From a virus: DNA of 51,059 bases. The notes under the pieces are model-generated. The model worked only from the letters and a program-made list of their open reading frames with translations, did not search any database and was not told where the DNA came from. The translations under genes were made by a program, and so were the position numbers. Where the stretch lies: IMG/VR virus record IMGVR_UViG_3300028578_000001; one strand, given 5' to 3'. Of this stretch, positions 33,760 to 41,967 are shown in pieces; the first letter of the stretch is position 1, and every line of letters starts with the position of its first letter.

Positions 33760-36480
33760 ATGGCGTTCGAACCCCGGCCCTTCATCTTTCCGGCACATCG
33801 CTTCAACCCCGATCCCGTCAAGGCTGATGTCCAGGTCCGCACAATCCAGGGGGGCACCAGCCTCGCCGGTGAGACCGACGTCATCGCGACCGATGGCGGC
33901 GGGCGGTGGGAAATCACCTATTTCGACCTCGACCTCGATTCCCCGGCGCTACAACGGCTGCTGGCGTCGTGGAACTCCTTCATGGCCGGCGGGGCAAAGT
34001 CCTTTCTGGTGCCGCTTCTGTCGATCGACACTGCGCCGCGACCTCTAAGCGGTGGCGAGGCTACAGACCCAGGCGCTTTTGCCGTCGACGACGACAGGTT
34101 CCCGCTCGAGGTCGGCTACGTCACCCCGCATATCGTCGCGGAGGTTGCCGCCGATGCGGCTCTGCGCGCTACGACGCTGCGCATCCTTGTCACTACCGGG
34201 AGCGAAATCGAAGGCGGCGAGAAATTCAGCATCGGAACGCGCGGCTATAAGGTCGAGCGGGTTCTGTCGCGAAGCGGGATGACGGCGACGTGCCTGATCA
34301 CTCCTCCCCTTCGCCTGGCCGTCAGTCAAGGCGATGCCGTCAACTTCGACTGGCCGGTGACGCGCTGTCATCTGGTGCCCGGGCAGGACATCAGTCCAGA
34401 GATATCTCTCGGCCTCTACGGTTCGATCGGCATCAGCTTCGAGGAAGATTTCAGTCCCGACGGCGTCAATGATCTCGACGTCGACTTCATCCTGGGGCTC
34501 GACTTTGCCGCCAGCCAGTATCGTTTCGGCGGCGACTATACCGAAGATGTGACTGAGATATCGGGCTACGCCTACACCCGCACCGGCACCAAGCAGGAAT
34601 TCTCATCGGACAATGCCCTGGTCACCTATGCCGCCAACGTGCCGGCGATCATCGATGATCGCGGCTACTGGTCGCGGGTCGCGCATACCAATGTCGTCAC
34701 TTATTCGCAGCAGCTCGACAACGTGGCATGGACTAAGGGCGATGTCACCGTCGTTCCCAACGCGGTTGCCGGGCCGGCTTCTTATCCAAGCGGCGACACT
34801 ATCAACGAGGGCACCACCACCGCCATTCACCTGATCAGCTCGGGGGGCACGCACAATTATACCAACGGTGAAAATTATACGCGCTGGTGCATCGCCAAGG
34901 CCGGAACGGGGAGCCTCCTGCAGATCGCATTCGGCAATGCCAATTTCGGAGGCGATGCCTGGGCGGACTACAACCTCACGACCGGCGTTGTTCACGAAGC
35001 CGCCGCAGCGACGGCCGGGATGGAGGATTTGGGGAATGGGTTGTGGAAGTGCTGGCTGACGGCTACCGCCACGGCGGGCGGATCGTCGACCGGCATCTCC
35101 ATTGTTTTTCCGCAGACGTTCGGCGGCGGCCGGCTGCCGAGCTTCACGGGGACGAGCCGGACCTTTCACGTTTTTCACGCCCAAGCGGTGGACGGCAGCG
35201 ATCCGGGGCCTGTGATCGTCACGACCTCGGCCGCCGTCACGGTCGGCGCCGACTCTCTCGTCTTCGATACTCCGATCACGGCGGACGAGCCTTTCCTGTT
35301 CTGGGCTACCGGGACATTCGATCATGCCGTCGACGTCGCTAACGAATATCTGGCGGCGCTGAGCGACGGAACGACAAGCAACTTCCTTGGGCTGGCGAGG
35401 ATGCCGACGACGACTTCCGGTGCCGAGCCCGGCTACGCGGCGGCCCGCGCGCGTTCCGGTGGCCCGCCGGTGTTCGAAGGCTATATCGGCGACGCGCCGG
35501 TCACTGGCAGCGTTACGATCATGGGCGGGCGGACGGCGGACGGGCAGTATATCGCCGCCCTGCGCGATGCGGACGGGTTTATCTGGATCGAGCCGGAGCT
35601 GACTGCGGCATTTCCGGAGACACTGGACCGGCTGGAAATCGGCTTTGCCGGCGGTGCCGCGACCGTCGCTCCGGATGCCCCGATCGACAGCGTCTATCTG
35701 CGCCGGGGAGCGTTCTCCTACGAAGACATAATCGAAATGCTCGGCGGCTATGAGGGTACGCCGCGCTTCCAAGTCGTGGAACGCTCGCCCGAGGGGATTG
35801 GAGGCCACCAGGGCGTGGCGGCGACTGTGTCGCATATATTCGCGACCGGGACGGCATCGGATCAATTCGTCCTCAAGAAGTACGACCGGGATTGGAACCT
35901 CATATGGAGCGTCGACACTGAAGCCTATGGCAGCGGCCTGCACGAGCAAGTCAACGGCATCTATCCCGATGAGGCGGCGGGGAAGCTCTATGTCTGCGGC
36001 AATAATTACAACACCACCCCGGCAAAGGGCTTCGTGTTCGAGATAGACATCGACGACGGCTCGTTCATCGCCGAGCACATCCTTCCCGGCAATCGCTGGA
36101 CTGAGGCGATCGAGCGGTGGAACGGCTCCTGGTGGGAGGTAAACGCCACCGCGCATGAAATCCGCCAGCTCAGCCTCGATTTTTCGACGGTGACGGCGAC
36201 ACACGCGCTGCCTGATGCCAGCCCCGGCTTGCTGTTTTGGCAGGCGATCTTTCGCTCCTCCGATGGCAAATGGTTCCTGAACCACCATGACGAGGTGGAA
36301 CGCCGGCTTCGCGCCTACACCTTCGACGGGGCGAACTTCATCAGCGATCCGACCACCTATCACCCGCCATCCTTCTGGGCGACGCAATCCGCCCGCCCAG
36401 ACCCCGACGGCGAGCATGTCTGGTGGAATGAGCGCATTAGTTCGACCAGTGCGATCCGGCTGGTCAAGACGACAATTTAG
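33760..36480 (+). CDS. Tail fibre / receptor-binding protein (906 aa)
   Basis: Last and largest gene of the virion row; C-terminal ~240 aa related to 38208..39035. Confidence 0.6.
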   Translation: MAFEPRPFIFPAHRFNPDPVKADVQVRTIQGGTSLAGETDVIATDGGGRWEITYFDLDLDSPALQRLLASWNSFMAGGAKSFLVPLLSIDTAPRPLSGGEATDPGAFAVDDDRFPLEVGYVTPHIVAEVAADAALRATTLRILVTTGSEIEGGEKFSIGTRGYKVERVLSRSGMTATCLITPPLRLAVSQGDAVNFDWPVTRCHLVPGQDISPEISLGLYGSIGISFEEDFSPDGVNDLDVDFILGLDFAASQYRFGGDYTEDVTEISGYAYTRTGTKQEFSSDNALVTYAANVPAIIDDRGYWSRVAHTNVVTYSQQLDNVAWTKGDVTVVPNAVAGPASYPSGDTINEGTTTAIHLISSGGTHNYTNGENYTRWCIAKAGTGSLLQIAFGNANFGGDAWADYNLTTGVVHEAAAATAGMEDLGNGLWKCWLTATATAGGSSTGISIVFPQTFGGGRLPSFTGTSRTFHVFHAQAVDGSDPGPVIVTTSAAVTVGADSLVFDTPITADEPFLFWATGTFDHAVDVANEYLAALSDGTTSNFLGLARMPTTTSGAEPGYAAARARSGGPPVFEGYIGDAPVTGSVTIMGGRTADGQYIAALRDADGFIWIEPELTAAFPETLDRLEIGFAGGAATVAPDAPIDSVYLRRGAFSYEDIIEMLGGYEGTPRFQVVERSPEGIGGHQGVAATVSHIFATGTASDQFVLKKYDRDWNLIWSVDTEAYGSGLHEQVNGIYPDEAAGKLYVCGNNYNTTPAKGFVFEIDIDDGSFIAEHILPGNRWTEAIERWNGSWWEVNATAHEIRQLSLDFSTVTATHALPDASPGLLFWQAIFRSSDGKWFLNHHDEVERRLRAYTFDGANFISDPTTYHPPSFWATQSARPDPDGEHVWWNERISSTSAIRLVKTTI

Positions 36481-36583
36481 GGGGACTTTAGATCATGGCT
36501 TCGAGGATCGTGCCGCCCTCTAACCTGCCAGCGGAATCCGGGCTATATCGGCATGGGGCGATGAAGCCCGAAGGAGAATGGAA

Positions 36584-36712
36584 ATGACCGACGAACACAA
36601 GCCCAAAGATGAGGACGGGATCGAGCGTTTCGATCCGGACAAGAAGCCGGTCAAGCCTGCCGACACTGGCGGCGGCACCGGCAAGCCTCCCCCGCCTCCC
36701 GCCAATCCGTGA
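36584..36712 (+). CDS. Small Pro/Lys-rich protein (42 aa), not in ORF track
   Basis: AAGGAG 7 nt upstream of ATG 36584; stop overlaps the next ATG. Confidence 0.35.
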   Translation: MTDEHKPKDEDGIERFDPDKKPVKPADTGGGTGKPPPPPANP

Positions 36713-37215
36713 TGAGCTGGCCTGAGCTTCTGATGCTCGGCGTCGTGCTGGCCGTCGGCGTTCCTGCCGCTTTCAGGAACCCGACGGCGGCCGCGCTTGT
36801 CGCCGCGTGGGCGTTCGCGCAGGGCGTCTGGCTGGCGACCGGAGACAATTTGCCGCTGAGGGCGTATATCGTGACGGACATCGCCGTGCTGGCGGTGATT
36901 TATTGCAAGCGGCTCAGGTGGCGCGGCCCCTATCGAAACTGGTGGCATCGGCTCCAGAGCATCCTTCTTGAGCCTAACGGCTGGGACCGGGTCGTGATCC
37001 TGATCTTTCCGGTCATGTGGATGCTCTACATCGTCAGCATGAACGAGCGAGCCAAGTGGTTCGCCCTGTTCTGGCTGGCTATCGCTCAATTTCTCGCCGC
37101 TGGTGGCGGCGCTCTCCAATCCTGGCTGATTGCTCGCAAGGCCAATGCCGAGCAACCGCCGGCGACGGGGCCGCCCGCCGTCTATCGCTGGGCATTGGGC
37201 CGGGGGCATGGTTGA
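36712..37215 (+). CDS. Multi-pass membrane protein
   Basis: 4-5 hydrophobic segments. Confidence 0.55.
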   Translation: MSWPELLMLGVVLAVGVPAAFRNPTAAALVAAWAFAQGVWLATGDNLPLRAYIVTDIAVLAVIYCKRLRWRGPYRNWWHRLQSILLEPNGWDRVVILIFPVMWMLYIVSMNERAKWFALFWLAIAQFLAAGGGALQSWLIARKANAEQPPATGPPAVYRWALGRGHG

Positions 37216-37612
37216 TGCTCAGGCCGTTGGCCAGTTCCTTTCATGGGAGGTCTTTCTGGCTATCATCGCCGGCGTCAACAGCGTTGTCGTTTGGCGCTTC
37301 TGGCCGGCTATCCCCGAGATCATGGCACGCATCAATGAGCGCCGACGCGATCGGCAGAGCGCGACCGACCGCCACCAAGACCGGCTTGAGGCGCGGATCG
37401 TCCGGCTTGAGGAACGGTGCGATGCCGTTGAAGCCGAGCTCGCCGAATGTCATCGGGAGCGGGACGAATGGCGCGGCAGGGCCGTTGCCGCCGAGGCGGT
37501 GATGATCGGCAGGGGAGAGGCCAATCAGGCGGCCCAGCGGATCGTTTCGGCCGAGCGAGAGCATGACGCGGCGAAGCGGGAGGGGGGAGGCAATCTAGAT
37601 GTCACCAGCTAA
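37208..37612 (+). CDS. N-terminal TM + coiled-coil protein (spanin-like architecture)
   Basis: FLSWEVFLAIIAGVNSVVVW, then Arg/Glu-rich helix. Confidence 0.5.
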   Translation: MVDAQAVGQFLSWEVFLAIIAGVNSVVVWRFWPAIPEIMARINERRRDRQSATDRHQDRLEARIVRLEERCDAVEAELAECHRERDEWRGRAVAAEAVMIGRGEANQAAQRIVSAEREHDAAKREGGGNLDVTS

Positions 37613-37874
37613 ACCTCCCGCGAACGGGATTGCCCAGAAGGTTCTCTCCATCCTATTTGGCGCTGTCGTCCTGTCTATGGTCGGCGGCCTCGGCTCGTTT
37701 TTCTATTGGCTGGCAGGCTCTACAATGGACATCCGTGATCGCGCGACGCGGATCGAGGAGCGAGCGGCCCGGATCGAGGAGAAGGTCGGCAGCCTCCTAC
37801 TCTCCCGCACCAAACAGGCCGAGGAACAATCGGACCGGAACGCGCAGCGGCTGGACGAGCTTGAGGAGGATTGA
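37599..37874 (+). CDS. N-terminal TM + coiled-coil protein
   Basis: LSILFGAVVLSMVGGLGSFFYWLA, then RATRIEERAARIEEKV. Confidence 0.5.
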   Translation: MSPAKPPANGIAQKVLSILFGAVVLSMVGGLGSFFYWLAGSTMDIRDRATRIEERAARIEEKVGSLLLSRTKQAEEQSDRNAQRLDELEED

Positions 37875-38185
37875 TGAAATCGCCCATCGTCATCCGCTAC
37901 ACGCATCCTGGCGACGCTCGCGGCTGGATCGGCCTCGGCTGCTGGGTCAACGTCATTCTCATATTGGGCATGATCCTGGCGAAGCCCTCGCTGCTCGAAA
38001 ACGATGCCTTTCTCATCCTGGCGACCGCGCTGGTCATCACCGGGTGGGTACAGGGGCCGGTCGGGTGGTCCTATCAAGCAACCAAGGGCGGCGGCGAGGC
38101 CGCGGAAAGCACGGCGCGCATTGCCGAGGAAGCCGCGACGGCTGCGATCAAGGGAGCTGGCAACGCCATCGACAGCCCGCCCTAG
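37874..38185 (+). CDS. Membrane protein (holin-like architecture)
   Basis: Two to three hydrophobic segments; TGATG overlap. Confidence 0.5.
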   Translation: MKSPIVIRYTHPGDARGWIGLGCWVNVILILGMILAKPSLLENDAFLILATALVITGWVQGPVGWSYQATKGGGEAAESTARIAEEAATAAIKGAGNAIDSPP

Positions 38186-38207
38186 GCCCTAGGAGGCTCC
38201 TCGTACA

Positions 38208-39035
38208 TTAGGGCACAAAGAACGGTGCCGTATCGACGGTGGCCCGAATGACCTTGTGGATGCCTGGACCACCCGTCTCGCGGCCTGCGAAATAGGCGGT
38301 GCGCTTGCTCGGCGAGAAATCGAACCCCTGTGTGGCCGAGACGTGGGGGCGATCGAGCCAGCGCAGGAACAACAGCTCCGTCCCGGTAAACTCGAACATC
38401 GCGATCTTACTGCTGCCGCCCGTGCTCAAGTGCAGCGGAAGCAGCATGACGCGGTCGCTCCAGAACACGACGCTTTGGAAATAGTTCGGCTCGACCAGCC
38501 CGGTATCGAAGCTGCCCGTCAGCTCCCAGCGCCCCAGCGATGCGTCGTAGCGGTCGATTGTCGGAATGTCGTGATAGCAGACCCAGAATTCGCTCGTGTG
38601 CGGTCGGAAGGCCCCGCCTTCGCACCAATGATCACGCACCGGCTGTTCGACGATCTCGCCCAGCTCTCCCAGGCTGAGGTTGGCGGGAATGCGATAGACC
38701 CAGCCGCGCTTCGGCGTCTCAGGATAGTTGTTCGCGCCAATGAACAAGTCGCCGCCAAAGACGGAGCCGCCATTCAACTGCGTCGCGGACGGGTGGACGT
38801 ATGGCGTGTAATCGACCTCTTTCAGTATCGCCATGCTGTCGGCGGCGAGCAGTTGAATACCCTTCTGATTGCCGCCGGACGGCTGAGAGAAGAGCCCGCC
38901 GATGGCGTATAGATTTTCGCCGGTGGGGCTCACCACTATATTCTGGTTAGACCAAAGACCGGACCCGCCGAGCACGACCGCAGATGAAAACCCGGTGGGG
39001 ATTTCGTGGCGGGCGCCGTCTTTTATGAGACGCAT
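38208..39035 (-). CDS. Free-standing homologue of the tail-fibre C-terminal domain
   Basis: DLFIGANNYPETPKRGWVYRI vs fibre KLYVCGNNYNTTPAKGFVFEI, plus further colinear matches. Confidence 0.65.
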   Translation of the reverse strand: MRLIKDGARHEIPTGFSSAVVLGGSGLWSNQNIVVSPTGENLYAIGGLFSQPSGGNQKGIQLLAADSMAILKEVDYTPYVHPSATQLNGGSVFGGDLFIGANNYPETPKRGWVYRIPANLSLGELGEIVEQPVRDHWCEGGAFRPHTSEFWVCYHDIPTIDRYDASLGRWELTGSFDTGLVEPNYFQSVVFWSDRVMLLPLHLSTGGSSKIAMFEFTGTELLFLRWLDRPHVSATQGFDFSPSKRTAYFAGRETGGPGIHKVIRATVDTAPFFVP

Positions 39036-39116
39036 GGTTGTTCCCTTCAGTCCGAGCGCTGGCGACTAAGCCAGAAAACGCCGAGACGTACAAGCACCGC
39101 CGCTGATCTAGAGCGC

Positions 39117-39200
39117 CGCGAGAGGATCGAAGCCCGGAGGGCGAAGACGCCGTAGGCGGCTGAGTTCACGAGAGCCGTGCCCCGTAGGGGCCTCGCCCAG
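39117..39200 (+). repeat. GC-rich two-hairpin repeat, copy 3
   Basis: CGCGAGAGGATCGAAGCC..CGCC-GTA-GGCG..CGAGAGCC..GCCCC-GTA-GGGGC..CGCCCAG. Confidence 0.7.
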
Positions 39201-39554
39201 ATGCCTTCCGGCCTCACGCTATACCCCGGACCTTCGAAGCCCTCCTTGCCGCTGTACGGGGCTGTGGGAGGCTCTGAGGGGCAAATGAAGCGATGACCGG
39301 AGAGTTAGGTTGCGGGCCGGGTTCGACACCGGCTCAGATCGGCTTGCAAGGCTCCTGCCCAGGGGCAGGCGATCTGCGCAACCCCGCCAACCGGCCTAGC
39401 CGCAAGCGGCTTCAGCACTACGGACGGGCAATGCTCGCTTCCATCAGCGACGCCGCAACCATGCCTCTACGCTACCATGATAAGGGCTCTGGAACAAGAG
39501 TCTGGGCGCATCCCTTCGGGACCGCGTGCTAGTTCGCTTCGCTCACCGGAGCCG

Positions 39555-40155
39555 CTATGCGTCTCCGCCTTCGGTGACGCCCGCTTGCGCGGCGCGGACG
39601 GCAAGGACCGCGCGATATTCCTCGCCGGTCAGGCTGCCCTTCTCGCCGTTGCAGCGGCGATGCGCGCCGACTAGGTTTCCGATCCGGTTGGACCCGCCGC
39701 GACACTCACTTCGGAACATCGTGGTCGATGCTGAAGCTCAGCGGGTCGTCGGGCGAGCGCAGCATCGGCTTTCCGCAGTAGACGCAGCGTCCGCCACAGT
39801 TCTCCCAGACCTTCTCCGCCGCGCTTAGGACGCGCTCTACGACCTTAACAGGCGGCAGGGGTGCGGCGGGCATCGGGATGTAGACAATCACCTTCCCGGC
39901 ACGACGGTGGGGGCGTAGGCGGTCCTTGCGAGCGGCGCTGTCGGACAGAACCTGGTTGCGCGCGATCACCTCGCGCACCACGGCATGAGCGCGTTCGTAC
40001 AGTTCTCGCTCAGCCTCTCGGCGGCGCTTCTTCGCGAGCTTGACGGCGTGCAGCGCAGCGTTCGCTGTGCCACCGTGGACGCCAGTTAGAGGGGTGTCAT
40101 CGCCCTTCCAGCGATGCGCGCGACTTGCCATGATGTTCACCGTTTCGAGGGTCAA
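39555..40155 (-). pseudogene. HNH endonuclease interrupted by a +1 frameshift at about 39706
   Basis: Frame A ends ..CVYCGK..SIDHDVPK-TGA; +1 frame continues SECRGGSNRIGNLVGAHRRCNGEKG.. to TAG 39555. Confidence 0.6.
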
Positions 40156-40261
40156 GAGTTTCGGGGCGGGCGGGGCCTAAGCCCTGCCACGCTTTCGCTC
40201 TTGTCCTTGGTGAACGGCGATCGTGCATGGGAGATTCCGTAGCACAGGCGCGACGCCCTTT

Positions 40262-40426
40262 CTAGGGGTGCGCCCGCGCGCCTACGATCCGTGCGATACG
40301 CCGCACGTCCTCGATGCCGACTTCAACCTTCGTGCGCCCGTTCGCTTCCATCATGGCCAAGACGCCACCCCAGGCCGCCGCCCACTGCCGATCGCTAGTC
40401 GGTCGCCGGAACTGAATCACTTCCAT
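40262..40426 (-). CDS. Small protein (54 aa), not in ORF track
   Basis: AAGGAAGGAG SD 5 nt upstream of ATG 40426. Confidence 0.45.
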   Translation of the reverse strand: MEVIQFRRPTSDRQWAAAWGGVLAMMEANGRTKVEVGIEDVRRIARIVGARAHP

Positions 40427-40441
40427 AAATTCTCCTTCCTT

Positions 40442-40533
40442 GCGAAAGCCGATTGAAGCCCGTCAGGGGCAAGACCGCGTAGCGGGCTTGATCGCGAAGC
40501 GACGAAAGCGCGGTGCGCGAAGCGCATTCGCCC
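40442..40533 (+). repeat. GC-rich two-hairpin repeat, copy 4
   Basis: Closest to copy 6; stem 1 is CAAG..CTTG instead of CGAG..CTCG. Confidence 0.7.
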
Positions 40534-40574
40534 TGACTATTTCCATAGCATTCCCCTCTCGATTCTGCCATATA

Positions 40575-40813
40575 GGTGAGGTCGCTAGGCGCAACGGACG
40601 AGGCTTAGGCCCCGAGTGCTTCGCAGCCGACGTGGAAACGCTCGGAGCGGTGCTGCCCTGAAAAGGGCCAACAGGGATGGGTAGTGAGCGGTTGACCAGC
40701 CTAGCGACATGAGGCTGCGGATGCTCTTGGCATAACACCAGCGCCGATAGCTTAAAGCAGGCGGTGGACCCTCCCCGTAAGGATGGGTGCGAGAGTCACC
40801 CGCAGCCTCACCC
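40575..40813 (+). ncRNA. Candidate structured RNA (unknown class)
   Basis: Two perfect 10-bp helices (40581-90/40699-708; 40711-20/40800-09) enclosing GGAA, GAAA and GUAA tetraloop hairpins; no credible ORF. Confidence 0.35.
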
Positions 40814-40831
40814 TCCTTTCCTGCCAAGCCC

Positions 40832-41128
40832 CTACTGATCAGGCTGCATCCACAGCCACTCTTGGTCATTCCAGACGCGGCCCGAAGGCGTGACGGTTTC
40901 CAGTTCGGTGCGGACGTCCTGTGCTTGGACTCGCCACAGAAAGGCGATCCCGCGCTCTTCAGCCAGGATCATGAAGCAAGTCGCGCAGACCATGTCGCTG
41001 AACAGAGGTTCACCGTTGATCGAGCCGCCGCGCATGACCGCGTTCCAGAGCGGCGAGGGCGCGGACCATGCCGGATTATCGCCGCCGCAGCGCTGACATT
41101 GTTCGGCCGGGTTCCGGGCTGAGGGCAT
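40832..41128 (-). CDS. Hypothetical Cys-containing protein (98 aa)
   Basis: ATG 41128 in TAATG overlap; ORF 40832..41431 trimmed. Confidence 0.5.
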   Translation of the reverse strand: MPSARNPAEQCQRCGGDNPAWSAPSPLWNAVMRGGSINGEPLFSDMVCATCFMILAEERGIAFLWRVQAQDVRTELETVTPSGRVWNDQEWLWMQPDQ

Positions 41129-41322
41129 TAGGTTGGTACCAGGGTCGGCCAATCGTTTGGCAGACCAATATCGGCAGCAACGCCTTCCCGCGACGCTGGC
41201 TTCTTCACCTCCTCCAGCAAGGCGAAGAACCAAGAGAACCACCGGTCCACATGATCCGCTGTCCAGTGCCCGTTGAAGGGCGGGAGTCGGTCGACCAGAA
41301 CTGCTAGTGTCTCGCGCTTCAT
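41128..41322 (-). CDS. Hypothetical protein (64 aa)
   Basis: ATG 41322 with GGGAGG upstream, ATGA overlap with the stop of 41319..41858. Confidence 0.45.
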   Translation of the reverse strand: MKRETLAVLVDRLPPFNGHWTADHVDRWFSWFFALLEEVKKPASREGVAADIGLPNDWPTLVPT

Positions 41323-41858
41323 GCGAACCTCCCGTGGACAGAATGTGCCGATAGCCGTTCGATCTCGGCGAGAATGTCGGGGTGGCGATCGAACCATTCG
41401 CCATTGAGGCGGTGGGCGGCGAAGCGCGCATGATATTCGCGCTCTGTCGCTTCCGATCCGGCCGTGGTCGCCAAGATCCCCAACTTCGCCGGGTTGCCGG
41501 TCTGAAGGCCGATCAGCCGGCGCTCGGCATTCTCCGCGAAGCCGATCTTCACCGGGCCGGCGTCACCGCCAATGAAGTAGACGACGCCTTGGCGCTGGCG
41601 CGGTGCCACGCCTCGTGGAGCCAGCAAGGCGTTGAGCCCGCCAGGTGTTGCTACGCCGAGCGTGATGGCTTCCGCTATCGCATCCTGAAGGCTGACAGCC
41701 TCAAGCGGCAGCATCGCGCCGCGGCCGTCACCAACCAGCTTGTAGCCGCGCTCCGGGTTGCCGATCACCGTGGCCGGCCAGGGATGCAGGCTCTTGGCGT
41801 CGAACCATGTTTCGTCGGTGGACAGCGGATGGTCAGCGAATACCATTATGTCTTGCAT
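41319..41858 (-). CDS. T5orf172 / GIY-YIG-superfamily domain protein
   Basis: VYFIGGDAGPVKIGFAEN..RLIGLQTGNP..REYHARFAAHRLNGEWF. Confidence 0.65.
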   Translation of the reverse strand: MQDIMVFADHPLSTDETWFDAKSLHPWPATVIGNPERGYKLVGDGRGAMLPLEAVSLQDAIAEAITLGVATPGGLNALLAPRGVAPRQRQGVVYFIGGDAGPVKIGFAENAERRLIGLQTGNPAKLGILATTAGSEATEREYHARFAAHRLNGEWFDRHPDILAEIERLSAHSVHGRFA

Positions 41859-41922
41859 TTGTTGTCGCTCCGTTCGGCCGCCTATGTCTCGGAAGTCCGC
41901 GATAAATGGCGGCTTCCGTACG

Positions 41923-41967
41923 TTTACACCGAGAGGGTCGGCGGTTCGAGCCCGTCACCGCCCACCA
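41923..41967 (+). other. attP core = 3' half of a tRNA-Val(UAC)-like gene
   Basis: TTTACAC-CGAGA-GGGTC-GGCGG-TTCGAGC-CCGTC-ACCGCCC-A-CCA; no matching 5' half upstream; overlaps the integrase 3' end. Confidence 0.7.

Noticed and set aside
34603-36417. 604-aa - strand ORF; similar long - strand ORFs at 18867..20216, 20642..21679 and 32519..33736
   Set aside because: All are antisense to structural genes with clear identity or context (fibre, protease/scaffold, capsid, tail tip). Their sequences are Arg/Gly/Asp-rich and shadow-like.
33760-39035. Invertible (Mu G-segment-like) tail-fibre switching between the fibre C-terminus and the - strand paralogue
   Set aside because: No serine invertase gene is present and I saw no matching inverted repeats at the would-be boundaries. 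Five unrelated genes lie between the two. The paralogue has its own start codon and is only distantly similar.
39293-39532. 79-aa + ORF, and the 77-aa + ORF at 40223..40456, in the gene-free regions
   Set aside because: Neither has an SD. The composition is atypical. 40223..40456 is antisense to a strongly SD-led 54-aa - strand ORF. They are better treated as non-coding.
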